Below, in pieces: positions 45,330 to 54,460 of a stretch of DNA of 55,824 nucleotides. Source of the stretch: a virus (Duplodnaviria > Caudoviricetes); the IMG/VR virus record IMGVR_UViG_3300038429_000537, positions 1-55,824 of that record; one strand, 5' to 3'. The position numbers and the translations under genes were made by a program. A model generated the notes under the pieces. It ran no database searches. It was not told the origin of the DNA and was given only the letters and a program-made list of their open reading frames with translations. The first letter of the stretch is position 1, and the number at the start of each line of letters is the position of its first letter.

Positions 45330-47195
45330 TTAGTGCGCCTCGCTCCAATTTTTTCCCACGCCCGTCTTCCACATGATCGGTGCCAGTAGTTCGATCGTCT
45401 GCTCGTTCAGCAGTTGGTCCCAAGCCTTCAGCGCTTCAGCATCCGGCAAGCAGCCGTTAAACTCGTCGTGAATGGTGTTGCGGATGATCAACCCCAACCG
45501 CTTTCGCGCGCGGTAGGTCTCCAACAGCTTGATCTTCATCGCGTCGGCCGCGCCACCCTGGAGCACGGCGTTCAAGGCTGAATAGTGCCGAGTATCCTCG
45601 GCCGTGTAGCGTCGCCGCCGACCCATAAAGGTCCGCACGTAACCGATTCGTAGCGCCTGGTCCTCGGCTAGCTTTAACAGTCGCTTAGCCTCGGGAAACT
45701 CGCGATCGTACTGGTCGTTGATGCGCTTGCCTTCCGCTTCGGCTACCTTGCACATCCACGCAACCTTCTTATACCCACCGCCGTATGTTTTACAGAACGT
45801 CACGTTCTTCGCGAAATCGCGGATCAGGCCTGTCCACTCGACCATCAACCGGTGAAAGTCTACCCAAGGATCAGCCGCGTAAGCCTTCGCCAGCCGCGTC
45901 ATGCCCAACATCGCGGCGTGATGGGCCAAAAACCGCAGTTCGATCTGTGAGGCGTCGGCGCTGGCCCACACCCGGCCCGGTGGGGGAATGAAGAGTTCCC
46001 GCACGTCCCACCGCTGCAGTAAGAGAGGCTGCTTCTCTCGCTTACTGACCTGTTGAATGTTGATGCCGATGCCGTTCTTATCCTTGCTGGAGCTGTACCG
46101 CCCGGTGATCGTACCGTACTCGTCACCTCGGAGCTGGTGGAGCTGGTAGGTGATCTTGCCGTCGGGCGCGACCTTCTCCAGGTACGGATCGAGGTACTTC
46201 GCCTTCAACGATGCGAGTTGCCGACCCTCTAGAGCTAGCTGAACTGCTGGATTGTCGACAATCCAGCAGTTACCAGAATCCTGTCGTACCCAGTGTCCGG
46301 CGATCGGCTCCAGGGCCTCCTCGGCGAAGGATTCGTTGCCCGACTCGGTCGTGAAGCCCGTGTGTTGCAGCCCGAGGTGGCGGAACAGCTTCGCCATGTC
46401 GTTTGCCGAGGTGGGCTTTATTCGCAACCCGGTTAGTTCGTACAGCCGCATGACCCGTTGGTTGTACTCCTCGGTGACCTCAGCCCGCCACTTAATCAGT
46501 TTCGGTACGTCGAGGTAGGCACCGGAGCGCTGCATCGCTGCGGTGCAGTACACGAGGTTGTCCTCGAGGTCCTGAACGTCTCCGAGATCCTCGGCCGTGA
46601 TTTTGGGGGTGTACGACTCGTTGATCAACCACGTCAGCTCGGCGTCTTCGATGGCGACCGGCGCGGCTTGCGCTGCCGTCATCTGGTGAATCGTCGCGTG
46701 GTCCACGTCCTGCATCTCGTAGTTGAGTTCTTCCTGGGCCAAGAGACGCAGGTTGAGACGATAACGATGATCGTTGAGCAGCGCTGCCGCGTGGAAAACG
46801 TCGCGGAAGCTACAGTCCTGCTCCTCGAGGTCAACGCCAAATTTGAGAGCCGTGTCAATTTCGAATTTGGCGTTGGCCACGATGAGTTGCTTGCTTCGTA
46901 GTTCGCAGCGTAGCCACTCGCGTACGTTTGCTTCCGGGTAATTGCCCCCACCCGGGTGGCGGATCGGCACGTACTGCTTTCGGCCCGACGGCAACCGGAA
47001 GGACAGACCGACGAGGCTACGCTCTTCCATCCGCTTTTCAACTGTGGTCTCAGTGTCGAAGGCCAAACTTTCGACGTTGCCCAGCTCGGGCAATGCCGAA
47101 AGAGAGTTGCCTATTGCCGGCGCGACGACCGGGTTCACGTTGAATTGTAAATTTAGGGAATTACATACTTCGCAATTGAAAGATTTTTCAAACAT
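45330..47195 (-). CDS. polA: DNA polymerase, family A, with 3'-5' exonuclease
   Basis: Exo FDTET, NAKFE; TITGRYSS, motif A DASQIELR, motif B KNVTFCKTYG (Phe at the 762-equivalent), motif C IHDE. Confidence 0.95.
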   Translation of the reverse strand: MFEKSFNCEVCNSLNLQFNVNPVVAPAIGNSLSALPELGNVESLAFDTETTVEKRMEERSLVGLSFRLPSGRKQYVPIRHPGGGNYPEANVREWLRCELRSKQLIVANAKFEIDTALKFGVDLEEQDCSFRDVFHAAALLNDHRYRLNLRLLAQEELNYEMQDVDHATIHQMTAAQAAPVAIEDAELTWLINESYTPKITAEDLGDVQDLEDNLVYCTAAMQRSGAYLDVPKLIKWRAEVTEEYNQRVMRLYELTGLRIKPTSANDMAKLFRHLGLQHTGFTTESGNESFAEEALEPIAGHWVRQDSGNCWIVDNPAVQLALEGRQLASLKAKYLDPYLEKVAPDGKITYQLHQLRGDEYGTITGRYSSSKDKNGIGINIQQVSKREKQPLLLQRWDVRELFIPPPGRVWASADASQIELRFLAHHAAMLGMTRLAKAYAADPWVDFHRLMVEWTGLIRDFAKNVTFCKTYGGGYKKVAWMCKVAEAEGKRINDQYDREFPEAKRLLKLAEDQALRIGYVRTFMGRRRRYTAEDTRHYSALNAVLQGGAADAMKIKLLETYRARKRLGLIIRNTIHDEFNGCLPDAEALKAWDQLLNEQTIELLAPIMWKTGVGKNWSEAH

Positions 47196-47237
47196 TTATC
47201 TCCTTTGTTTTCAATGTTCCTTGTGAGGTTCGTGCGC

Positions 47238-47441
47238 TCAGTTTCTCGCAATTTTTATAGAATTTTTACGCCGTCGTGCGGCGGTTAATCGAACTTTTCT
47301 AAAAGCCCGAAATTGAATTTTATCTTTGACTATTCTAAAATCAACGATGTGAGTAAGTAAGCAATCGCAGCAACCCAGCACAAAACCTTTATTATTTTTC
47401 GGTTGAAGCCACTCACCATCTTTGGCTTTATAGATTCTCAT
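47238..47441 (-). CDS. small hypothetical protein (CCDC motif)
   Basis: GEWLQP...GCCDCLLTH; lies in AT-rich DNA. Confidence 0.65.
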   Translation of the reverse strand: MRIYKAKDGEWLQPKNNKGFVLGCCDCLLTHIVDFRIVKDKIQFRAFRKVRLTAARRRKNSIKIARN

Positions 47442-47611
47442 AAATCCATTTTTCTTCTTTCATGTCATCCTCATCTGGTTCTTTTGAAGTTAAGAAATTT
47501 TCAACATTAGCTAAATGAGAATCGATACTAATTGGTCCGGGAGCACAGAGTTTAATAAGAAACGGGCAAAACCACTTTGAATAATTGTAGTGTCACGCCA
47601 AAATCGAGTCT

Positions 47612-48487
47612 TCATAGCGTAGCTCCGATCAACAAGCGTCGAGCCTCGGACCAAGTCTTCGCGCCTAACACCGCGGCGTACACGCTCCAGGGATGGCGTA
47701 AGTATTCAGGTGGATACTTACCCGGGTTCTCGAGGTAGTCGGTCAAGCAGTACGGATTTTCGATTGACAGGTTCGGGTTCGGCATGTAGGGCAGCGACGG
47801 ACTCGTGATCCCAGGATAGTGTTGCGGGTCAGCCAACACGTTGTGTGCTTTTTCGAAGTCCGTCGCGTAGAGATGGCTGCTACCCAGGTTGAATTGAAGG
47901 TAACCCGGTGTCAGACCGAGCACGCCGGTTAGCCCATTTGCCAGTTGTGCGAAGGTGAAGCAGTCGTACGGCAGGCCCAGCCACACGTCCGATGACCTCA
48001 TCGTCACGATACAATGAAGCTGCATATCCCTACAAATAAATTGTAGGGATATGGTGCAGGGAATGTCCTTCGACGGCGCCGGACACGGCGTCCAGATCGT
48101 TGCTACCCCCTGGCGGGTAAATTCATCCTTCGCAATCGAGTCAACCACGTACTGCCACTGCTTGCTCAACCGCGGCCCGTAGGCGCCGGCTAACGTCTTC
48201 CCGTCGTCGGAGAACCGACCCATCTGCCCGTTGTACGGTGTCAGCGTGGCGAGGTCCTCGCGACCTAGGGCTATCCAGAGCCACTCGGCAACTAAAAATC
48301 TGTAGTTCAGATTCCTAAGGGGGTGGTAGAGGATGTTGTTTCTCAGATCCTGAACGCGCAGCGTGACCCCGGTGATCTCGTGGGTCAACAACCCCCGCGG
48401 CTGGGGCTTGAACTCGGGTTCGTTCAAGAGTTGCTCCAGAAGTTTCAACCACACCTCGTTGATCGACCGTCCTTCGATGGTCAGCAT
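47612..48487 (-). CDS. thymidylate synthase-family enzyme, probable dCMP hydroxymethylase/C5-modifier
   Basis: GAYGPR, KDIPCT, MRSSDVWLGLPYD (Asp at the Asn177-equivalent position), SSHLY. Confidence 0.85.
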   Translation of the reverse strand: MLTIEGRSINEVWLKLLEQLLNEPEFKPQPRGLLTHEITGVTLRVQDLRNNILYHPLRNLNYRFLVAEWLWIALGREDLATLTPYNGQMGRFSDDGKTLAGAYGPRLSKQWQYVVDSIAKDEFTRQGVATIWTPCPAPSKDIPCTISLQFICRDMQLHCIVTMRSSDVWLGLPYDCFTFAQLANGLTGVLGLTPGYLQFNLGSSHLYATDFEKAHNVLADPQHYPGITSPSLPYMPNPNLSIENPYCLTDYLENPGKYPPEYLRHPWSVYAAVLGAKTWSEARRLLIGATL

Positions 48488-49407
48488 CAGTTCGCACCTC
48501 TGAACCGCTGCAACAGTTCCACGTACTTGTCACGACTCTTGGACTTAAAGCGCTTAAAAAAAGCAGGATGTGGGATTTCTAACCGAGGTACTCCTAGATT
48601 GTGGCAACGATTGGAGGCTACCTTGCCTAGAGCGATAATAGTCTGTGCTGGGTTATTTCGGTAAATAGCTCGAATGTCGTTGTAAGTAGCATCCATCGTC
48701 ATGATGTTGGCAAAGGCCAGTTCCTCTTCCTGGTAGCCGGCCTCCCAGAGACACTCGTTTAAGAAGTGACTAGATTTCTGGTCGGAGTAAAACGCTAGGT
48801 CCGCACCGCAACTGTCCTTTCCGTCGGCGCGCTCACCGACGAGGAGGAACCTTGCACGGGGACTGCCGATCACGCCGGGCCAGCACTTTCGGCTGCACAA
48901 CACCTCAGGAAAAGGATGCTTTTCCTCGAGGTGCTGTGGTAACAGGCTGGTCCGGTAGTCGAAGTAGACAACGTCGCGCAGGGTGAAGAACTCGGCAAAA
49001 AGAGTACGAAAGTTGCTAGCAACCTTTCGTAATCTTTCCGTGTTGTCAACGTACTCCCGCGCTTGTCGCTTCTTCCAGTTCTCTTCGATGGCCGCGTCGT
49101 CCGTGTCACAGAACACGAACTTCGTACCAAGCGAAAACAGCAGGCGGTTCAGCAGTTTCATCTGCTCGACGGAAATCTTCGAGCCCGTTCGCATCACCGG
49201 CCCGTAGGCCATCTCACCGAGGTGCAGGCGATCGAACACGACATTCGCGCCTCGGGCGTTCAGAACACACTGGGTGTAGTACTCAAATATGTTGACACCC
49301 TCGGCCGGCACACCTTCGTGGCGGTACTCGAACCCGCGCTTCTCGAGGGCGCGCGCTAGCGTAGTTTTGCCCGTCCCGTCGGGACCTTCAACGACTATGC
49401 AGCTCAT
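48487..49407 (-). CDS. dNMP kinase fused to a uracil-DNA-glycosylase-like domain
   Basis: EGPDGTGKTT P-loop, FDRLHLGEMAYG; C-terminal LLVGE, AN, IIALGKVA, IPHPAF. Confidence 0.8.
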   Translation of the reverse strand: MSCIVVEGPDGTGKTTLARALEKRGFEYRHEGVPAEGVNIFEYYTQCVLNARGANVVFDRLHLGEMAYGPVMRTGSKISVEQMKLLNRLLFSLGTKFVFCDTDDAAIEENWKKRQAREYVDNTERLRKVASNFRTLFAEFFTLRDVVYFDYRTSLLPQHLEEKHPFPEVLCSRKCWPGVIGSPRARFLLVGERADGKDSCGADLAFYSDQKSSHFLNECLWEAGYQEEELAFANIMTMDATYNDIRAIYRNNPAQTIIALGKVASNRCHNLGVPRLEIPHPAFFKRFKSKSRDKYVELLQRFRGAN

Positions 49408-50582
49408 GACTTGGGCCTTTCTCGCCACTTTTCAGGCGTCCGTAGGTCAGCTGTTTCATTGGGTTGAATCGTGATGGTTTGTAATCGTCCTGACGTTACG
49501 TCATTCACGACGTCAACATCACAAGACTGGGGTCTTGCGATGCCAAAGACATTTGCCGAGATCTCCCGCAGTATCCACCGTGCCACCGGCGGACAGACAC
49601 CCTTCGAGAGCAATACAAAGGTCAGCCGCGGCTTGTGGTACCGGTAATCCGCCGGAAACCCCATGATTCGTTTGTAGTCCGCGTAGCCTAGCTGCCGCTT
49701 GCCTAACCACCACCAGCAGGGGCCTAGAAGGACTGGTGCCAGTCCGTTCGGGTTCAGCACGTGCAGCGCGCCGGAGAGGAAGTTGCCACCCACGATGTAA
49801 TCGTGCAGCTTGCCGAACGGCGGCCAACCCTTCGTATGCTCGTACCCGTGAGCCTCGGCTAAGATGTGGATTATGTTTCCGTAGGTAGTAGTGCCACTGA
49901 GAAGTTCCCGTAGGGACTTCTCTGTGTAACCCAATTCCTTAAGCAAATCTAATTGCTTCCCCCACCGCGTCGTGTGAGTGATGTCCAGCTCACCCTCCGC
50001 CGCGTCCACGCCTAACACGTCATTCAAGTACCTAACGTTGTGGTTTAGGACGAAGGTAAACTCTCGCTTTCGCCCCGGCTGCTGCTTCACGAAGATCGCC
50101 CAGAACCGCCGCCGCCACTGGGGCACGCCGAAACTGGCCGCGTTCTGGAGAACGCGGTACAAGTCGTAGCCGTGGGCGGCGGCGTAGAAGTCGTGCACGT
50201 GCCGGGCACCCTCCAGCGCGCCCGGGACGGACTCGATGGCTACGGCCTCGGGCCGGCGGGGCATCACGTGTTCCAGCAGCCGGGTGGTACAGGCGAAGGC
50301 CTCGGCTCCCGGGCCGCGTTTGCTGGCACTGCCTCGATTCTGGGAAGAGAAGGCCGCACAGGGCGGGTGCGCTATTACGATCGCGCCCTTCAAGTCCATG
50401 TCCAAATCCCAGTCCGCCAGTTCGGACCGATAGTTGAGGTGCGGGAAGTTCAAGCGTTGTGAATCCAGGCCAAAGTTGTGGTCCTCGCAACTCGCTAGGA
50501 TAGGGTGCTCCTCCTGCGTAGCAGCTAAGGTGATGCTGCCACCGTATGAATTGATGATCAATACAGGTGGCTTAGTTACCAT
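49404..50582 (-). CDS. atypical DNA cytosine-C5 methyltransferase-like enzyme
   Basis: Motif IV HPPCAAFS, VI IESV, VIII FGVPQWRRRFW, IX RIMGFP, X SKGVCPPVA; motif I degenerate (INSYGGS). Confidence 0.85.
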   Translation of the reverse strand: MVTKPPVLIINSYGGSITLAATQEEHPILASCEDHNFGLDSQRLNFPHLNYRSELADWDLDMDLKGAIVIAHPPCAAFSSQNRGSASKRGPGAEAFACTTRLLEHVMPRRPEAVAIESVPGALEGARHVHDFYAAAHGYDLYRVLQNAASFGVPQWRRRFWAIFVKQQPGRKREFTFVLNHNVRYLNDVLGVDAAEGELDITHTTRWGKQLDLLKELGYTEKSLRELLSGTTTYGNIIHILAEAHGYEHTKGWPPFGKLHDYIVGGNFLSGALHVLNPNGLAPVLLGPCWWWLGKRQLGYADYKRIMGFPADYRYHKPRLTFVLLSKGVCPPVARWILREISANVFGIARPQSCDVDVVNDVTSGRLQTITIQPNETADLRTPEKWRERPKS

Positions 50583-50986
50583 AGGCTGTTGAACGCCCCC
50601 TGGTTGGCTAGCCGTAGCATGCAAGCCTGGAACTTCGGACCGTGGTCGTCAAACTCCTGGCCCCACGTGGCGATGTGACACTGCTCGTGCAGCATGTTCA
50701 TCTTCAGGTGAGTGTCGGCTTGGTTGTACTTCGGGTTGAACTCAGTGATAAACCGTCCGTCGTGCATTCGTGTGATTGCCATGTTTGAACGACCTTGCAC
50801 GTCAACGGCTGGTCCGTAGCGCAAAATGACGTCCTTCGGTAACTCGTCGCCGAACCACCACCCGTTGTATTGGTCGTAGATGGTCTGAAGGTAATCATCC
50901 CGGTCCTTCGGTAGCAACCGCTCAACGAGGGCAGAATAAACCGCGGCCAATAAAATTATGAGTACGATCTTCTGCCAGGTCTTCAT
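50576..50986 (-). CDS. SprT-like zinc metalloprotease with an N-terminal TM anchor
   Basis: LHEQCH, HGPKFQ; hydrophobic N-terminus. Confidence 0.8.
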   Translation of the reverse strand: MKTWQKIVLIILLAAVYSALVERLLPKDRDDYLQTIYDQYNGWWFGDELPKDVILRYGPAVDVQGRSNMAITRMHDGRFITEFNPKYNQADTHLKMNMLHEQCHIATWGQEFDDHGPKFQACMLRLANQGAFNSLW

Positions 50987-51354
50987 GTCTTGGTGAACCT
51001 CGCGCGGACGGCGGCCTTCTGCTCGGGCGTGAGCTGCCGCTTGGTTCGGATTTTAGCCAAACGGAGAATTAGTTTCACTAATTCTGCGTTTTCCGGGTCA
51101 AAGCTGAGATAGCCATCTACCTCGCAGGTGATGTAGGGCTTCGCGCCCTTCTCAATTAACTTTTTCCGCACGTTGTTCCACTTGCCCACGGTGAGGAAGT
51201 TGAAGTAAACGTAAAATTCTCCGTCCGCCTCGAAGACGTTGTGGTTGTCCTCGAGGTGCTTGGCCCACTTCACTCGCCCGGCGACGATGGGATCGTCACA
51301 ACTATCTTTCCGAATCTTAACCTTATACCGTTCGGCAAACTCTGTTAAAGTCAT
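50983..51354 (-). CDS. hypothetical protein
   Basis: ATG 51354 overlapping the upstream TGA; GGAG RBS. Confidence 0.7.
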   Translation of the reverse strand: MTLTEFAERYKVKIRKDSCDDPIVAGRVKWAKHLEDNHNVFEADGEFYVYFNFLTVGKWNNVRKKLIEKGAKPYITCEVDGYLSFDPENAELVKLILRLAKIRTKRQLTPEQKAAVRARFTKT

Positions 51355-51602
51355 TGGATCTCCGTGACCGGGATGTGGACGATCGCGCCGGCAGCAACGG
51401 ACTTCTCGTGCATCTCGCACAACAGTTGAAACAACCGGGCATCTCCGGCGTCGACGCAGTTGCCGAAGTTGACGACGAAGGACGGAACGGCGGCGAACAT
51501 GTAGCCCGCCACGATCACCTTGTGACGGTTCGCCACCCGCAGCAGCATCTCGGCGGCTGACTGAACCTCAAGCGGAATGCCGTGATTTTCTAGAACGTCC
51601 AC
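51351..51602 (-). CDS. hypothetical protein
   Basis: GTG start with GGAGG RBS. Confidence 0.6.
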   Translation of the reverse strand: MDVLENHGIPLEVQSAAEMLLRVANRHKVIVAGYMFAAVPSFVVNFGNCVDAGDARLFQLLCEMHEKSVAAGAIVHIPVTEIQ

Positions 51603-52834
51603 TGATAACCTCCCCACTCACCCTTACCCGCTAGGGCTTGCTCCAACGGATCGAAGTTCGGCGTGCTCTTCTCGCGCAGCTCCTCGACGTAGCCCTTGGC
51701 TTCCGACCACGGAATTTCACCCCAGTCTTCGAACTGGCTGATGCGAGCGGGGTGATTATGACAGAGATATCTATTATCTCTGTCATAGTGAAACCTCCCG
51801 AATGAAACGGGCCGTGGTAGCGCACCCGCCACGACGTACTCCCGCAACTTGCCGGTGGCGAAGCCCGCCTCCAGAGCGATCATGGGCCCCTGCGAAGCCC
51901 GTTGTAAGATGCCTTGGACCTCATCGTGTTTCACGCAGCCCTTCCAGTGGGGGTTGTTACGGACCACCACGTGGCCCGTAGCCACCTGGTGTTGGTCAGC
52001 CTCAACCGGCGACGCAAAGTTTTTCGTCGGTTGGCACGTCGCGCAGTAGCACCACCCGTGGCCGTAAACCTCGTAGGCCGATCTACATCGGCCTAAAACC
52101 GCGTCCCACGTCTTGGCTCGCTCCGGCCCGTATACCCGCAGGTCGTGAAAGTGGCCGTGGGCGATCACCACCACTCCCTGCCGAGGTTCGTCAAGCGGTG
52201 CTAGGGGCATCCCGAAAGTCCACCAATTCTCGCAGGCGGCGTAGACCTCTTCGCGCCGCATCTTCCGCTCGCGGGTCTCCCAGTAATTCACTCTGCTACG
52301 TTGCGAGAGGACCGCCGCTGGCAGCGTGTACGGCCAGTAGTGGTTCTCGTGTTCCCGGGGCAGGTTGCGCGGGTCGTTGATGATTACTACCCTGCGAAGA
52401 TGTAAATCTTCGCATGCTTTAAGACAGGGTAGGTTGGTCGTGATCGCCGTCCGTAACGGACTCGTGCCCCAGGGATTGCACGGGTTCGAGTGCGAGGGCT
52501 GCTGGCCCGCGACGTTGACGACTACGTCGGGGCACCATTGCTTTAACTCCGTTAAAGCAATGTTGATCCTGAAGACGTACTCCTCAGCCTCGGTCGTCTC
52601 GTACGGCGTGCCGGCGAAATCAACGCCAAAGCTGGGTATGCCCGAGAAAGTTCCGGCACCACAGAGAGTTTTTCCATTCAATCCGTAGGGCGCGGGGCCG
52701 AAGAGACACACGTCGTGCCCCGACTGTTTTAGGTAGCGCAGCACGCCTAGAGCGTCTTGATTTCCGGCAGTTGGAGACGCACCGTGATTATCTTCATAAA
52801 GTACTGTGCCCGTTCTACACAGCGCAATTCTCAT
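51590..52834 (-). CDS. GT-B fold glycosyltransferase, putative DNA base glycosyltransferase
   Basis: MRIAL...GHDVCLFG, PDVVVN, NDPR, EVYGHGW, ATGKLREYV resemble phage beta-glucosyltransferase-type enzymes; located in the DNA-modification cluster. Confidence 0.6.
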   Translation of the reverse strand: MRIALCRTGTVLYEDNHGASPTAGNQDALGVLRYLKQSGHDVCLFGPAPYGLNGKTLCGAGTFSGIPSFGVDFAGTPYETTEAEEYVFRINIALTELKQWCPDVVVNVAGQQPSHSNPCNPWGTSPLRTAITTNLPCLKACEDLHLRRVVIINDPRNLPREHENHYWPYTLPAAVLSQRSRVNYWETRERKMRREEVYAACENWWTFGMPLAPLDEPRQGVVVIAHGHFHDLRVYGPERAKTWDAVLGRCRSAYEVYGHGWCYCATCQPTKNFASPVEADQHQVATGHVVVRNNPHWKGCVKHDEVQGILQRASQGPMIALEAGFATGKLREYVVAGALPRPVSFGRFHYDRDNRYLCHNHPARISQFEDWGEIPWSEAKGYVEELREKSTPNFDPLEQALAGKGEWGGYQWTF

Positions 52835-53406
52835 GAAATCTCCTGGCAAAGCTTACAGTTAGGATTCTTAATTCCTTTGTTAAGATGAAATCGTTTGTGA
52901 TTTCCCGCTAAGGAAGCTTTTCTTTGATGCTCTTTATCTTGGTGAGCTTTGATTAAAACTTTTCTACGCGCCTCGTCAAATGATTTTGAAGTAGTGGCTG
53001 TTATATGCCCACCTTTTGCCCTAGTTTCATAAGTTGTAAACGGGATGCTAGCCTTTCCAGATCGTACCTTATCCTCATGCGAAGCATTCTTCCCGCCGAT
53101 TCGTCCTGCGGCAGCACGATCACATCCACCTGCTGGGTCGCGGTTTAAACCTCCTAGCTTAACTCGAGTGCATAAAAAGTCAATGAAAAAATTTTCACGC
53201 TCATACAGTTCTTGGACATCCTCATAGAAAAAATTTTCTATCTCTCGTGGAAAAGGAGGGTTTTCGAATGAGCGTAGCCACTTAGCAATTCTTGTTTTTG
53301 CTTTTAAGTGGCAATGATGCCTGCGTACTAAGTTATTTGTGGACCCGACATACACCGGACGGCCGCTATTCGGATCGACATACGCATATATTGTTCCTAG
53401 AAGCAC
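52831..53406 (-). CDS. GIY-YIG free-standing endonuclease
   Basis: TIYAYVDP...YVGSTNNLVRR..H, RE, LN; AT-rich; C-terminal HKRFH...NPNCKLC. Confidence 0.8.
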   Translation of the reverse strand: MLLGTIYAYVDPNSGRPVYVGSTNNLVRRHHCHLKAKTRIAKWLRSFENPPFPREIENFFYEDVQELYERENFFIDFLCTRVKLGGLNRDPAGGCDRAAAGRIGGKNASHEDKVRSGKASIPFTTYETRAKGGHITATTSKSFDEARRKVLIKAHQDKEHQRKASLAGNHKRFHLNKGIKNPNCKLCQEIS

Positions 53407-53771
53407 TAGACGATCCCTTCAGTGTTCTCAAAACCTTTGTCCCGCTGCACGTTGAAAGAAAGGGCCATCGGCGTGTTCGGGTCGTAAGGCTTCGTGTCAT
53501 TAATCAAGTAACGTCGCCCACTAGTGAGCCCCATGACGAGTTGGTGGTAGTACAAGCCTGCAGCCTCGAGCTGCGCCACGACCTTCGCGCGGATGCACTC
53601 GGGCCGGCCGGTGGTGATGATGATCAGCGCGCCGGAGTTCCACCACCGAACCATTTTCTCTGGCACACCGGGTAGTACGTGCATCGGGTCATCCCACGGT
53701 GGAGCCTGGTGTTTGATCAACGTTCCATCTAAGTCGACGAAGATCGTCGCGTGGTGGTGACTCTGCATCAT
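53406..53771 (-). CDS. HAD-superfamily phosphatase (capless)
   Basis: FVDLDGTL, TTGR, YLIND. Confidence 0.88.
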   Translation of the reverse strand: MMQSHHHATIFVDLDGTLIKHQAPPWDDPMHVLPGVPEKMVRWWNSGALIIITTGRPECIRAKVVAQLEAAGLYYHQLVMGLTSGRRYLINDTKPYDPNTPMALSFNVQRDKGFENTEGIV

Positions 53772-54460
53772 GGTTTCAGTTCCTCGAGAACGACGAACCC
53801 CGACGCGATGTCCAACTGCGGCCAGTGAGGCAAGAGACGTACCCAGTGAGTCACGAGGAAAGCCCAATCCGTCGCGTCGGCCCAGTCGGGCCACGTATTG
53901 GGACGCTCCCATGGATAAGGCACTTTGATACTTAAAAATTCAACTTGCGGACCCCAACGTTCCTCCCACCGCATGACCACACTTTGGAGCAACTTCCCTC
54001 GGTCCAGGGCCGGGGTGACCATTTCCCGAGGATAGCCTGGGTCGATCAACACCACGTTACCGGTCGGCTCGATGACGACGTTCTCCAGGGTCAGGTCAGC
54101 GTGCACCAACCGCGCCCGTGGCAGCTCGACCGCTTGGATGACGTTCAACGCGTCGCGCACAACCTCCACAGCCTCAGGTTTCAACCCCGCTGTTCTCTCG
54201 GCCACATACTCGCAGTAACGGAGCTTTTCGGCCATCGTCAGCCGACCGTGTTGGTACACGTCCCACACCAACTCCATCGTCCGCAAGATCTCTGGCACGT
54301 CCGCCACTGTGGCTTGCCGGCCCGTCACGTAGCGATAAAGGTAGTGCTCACCGTACTGGCGCACGAACCGAGGAATGTATTGCCACGGAGCGTGAATGTA
54401 GAAGTCCGGTATCCGACCCGGCTTGATTACCACGTCAGTATCGATTATCTGTCCTTGCAC
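53768..54460 (-). CDS. APH/choline-kinase-like phosphotransferase
   Basis: VVIK, HADLTLENV, LIDP; GTG start with GGAGG RBS. Confidence 0.8.
   Translation of the reverse strand: MQGQIIDTDVVIKPGRIPDFYIHAPWQYIPRFVRQYGEHYLYRYVTGRQATVADVPEILRTMELVWDVYQHGRLTMAEKLRYCEYVAERTAGLKPEAVEVVRDALNVIQAVELPRARLVHADLTLENVVIEPTGNVVLIDPGYPREMVTPALDRGKLLQSVVMRWEERWGPQVEFLSIKVPYPWERPNTWPDWADATDWAFLVTHWVRLLPHWPQLDIASGFVVLEELKP

Noticed and set aside
47430-47615. Possible frameshifted small gene (MKTRFWRD... continuing in another frame as HYNYSKWFCPFL...)
   Set aside because: Short, AT-rich, no recognisable motif; cannot be distinguished from chance
47612-48487. Annotation as ordinary thyA
   Set aside because: Asp instead of Asn at the specificity position, PCT instead of PCH, and the modification-gene context
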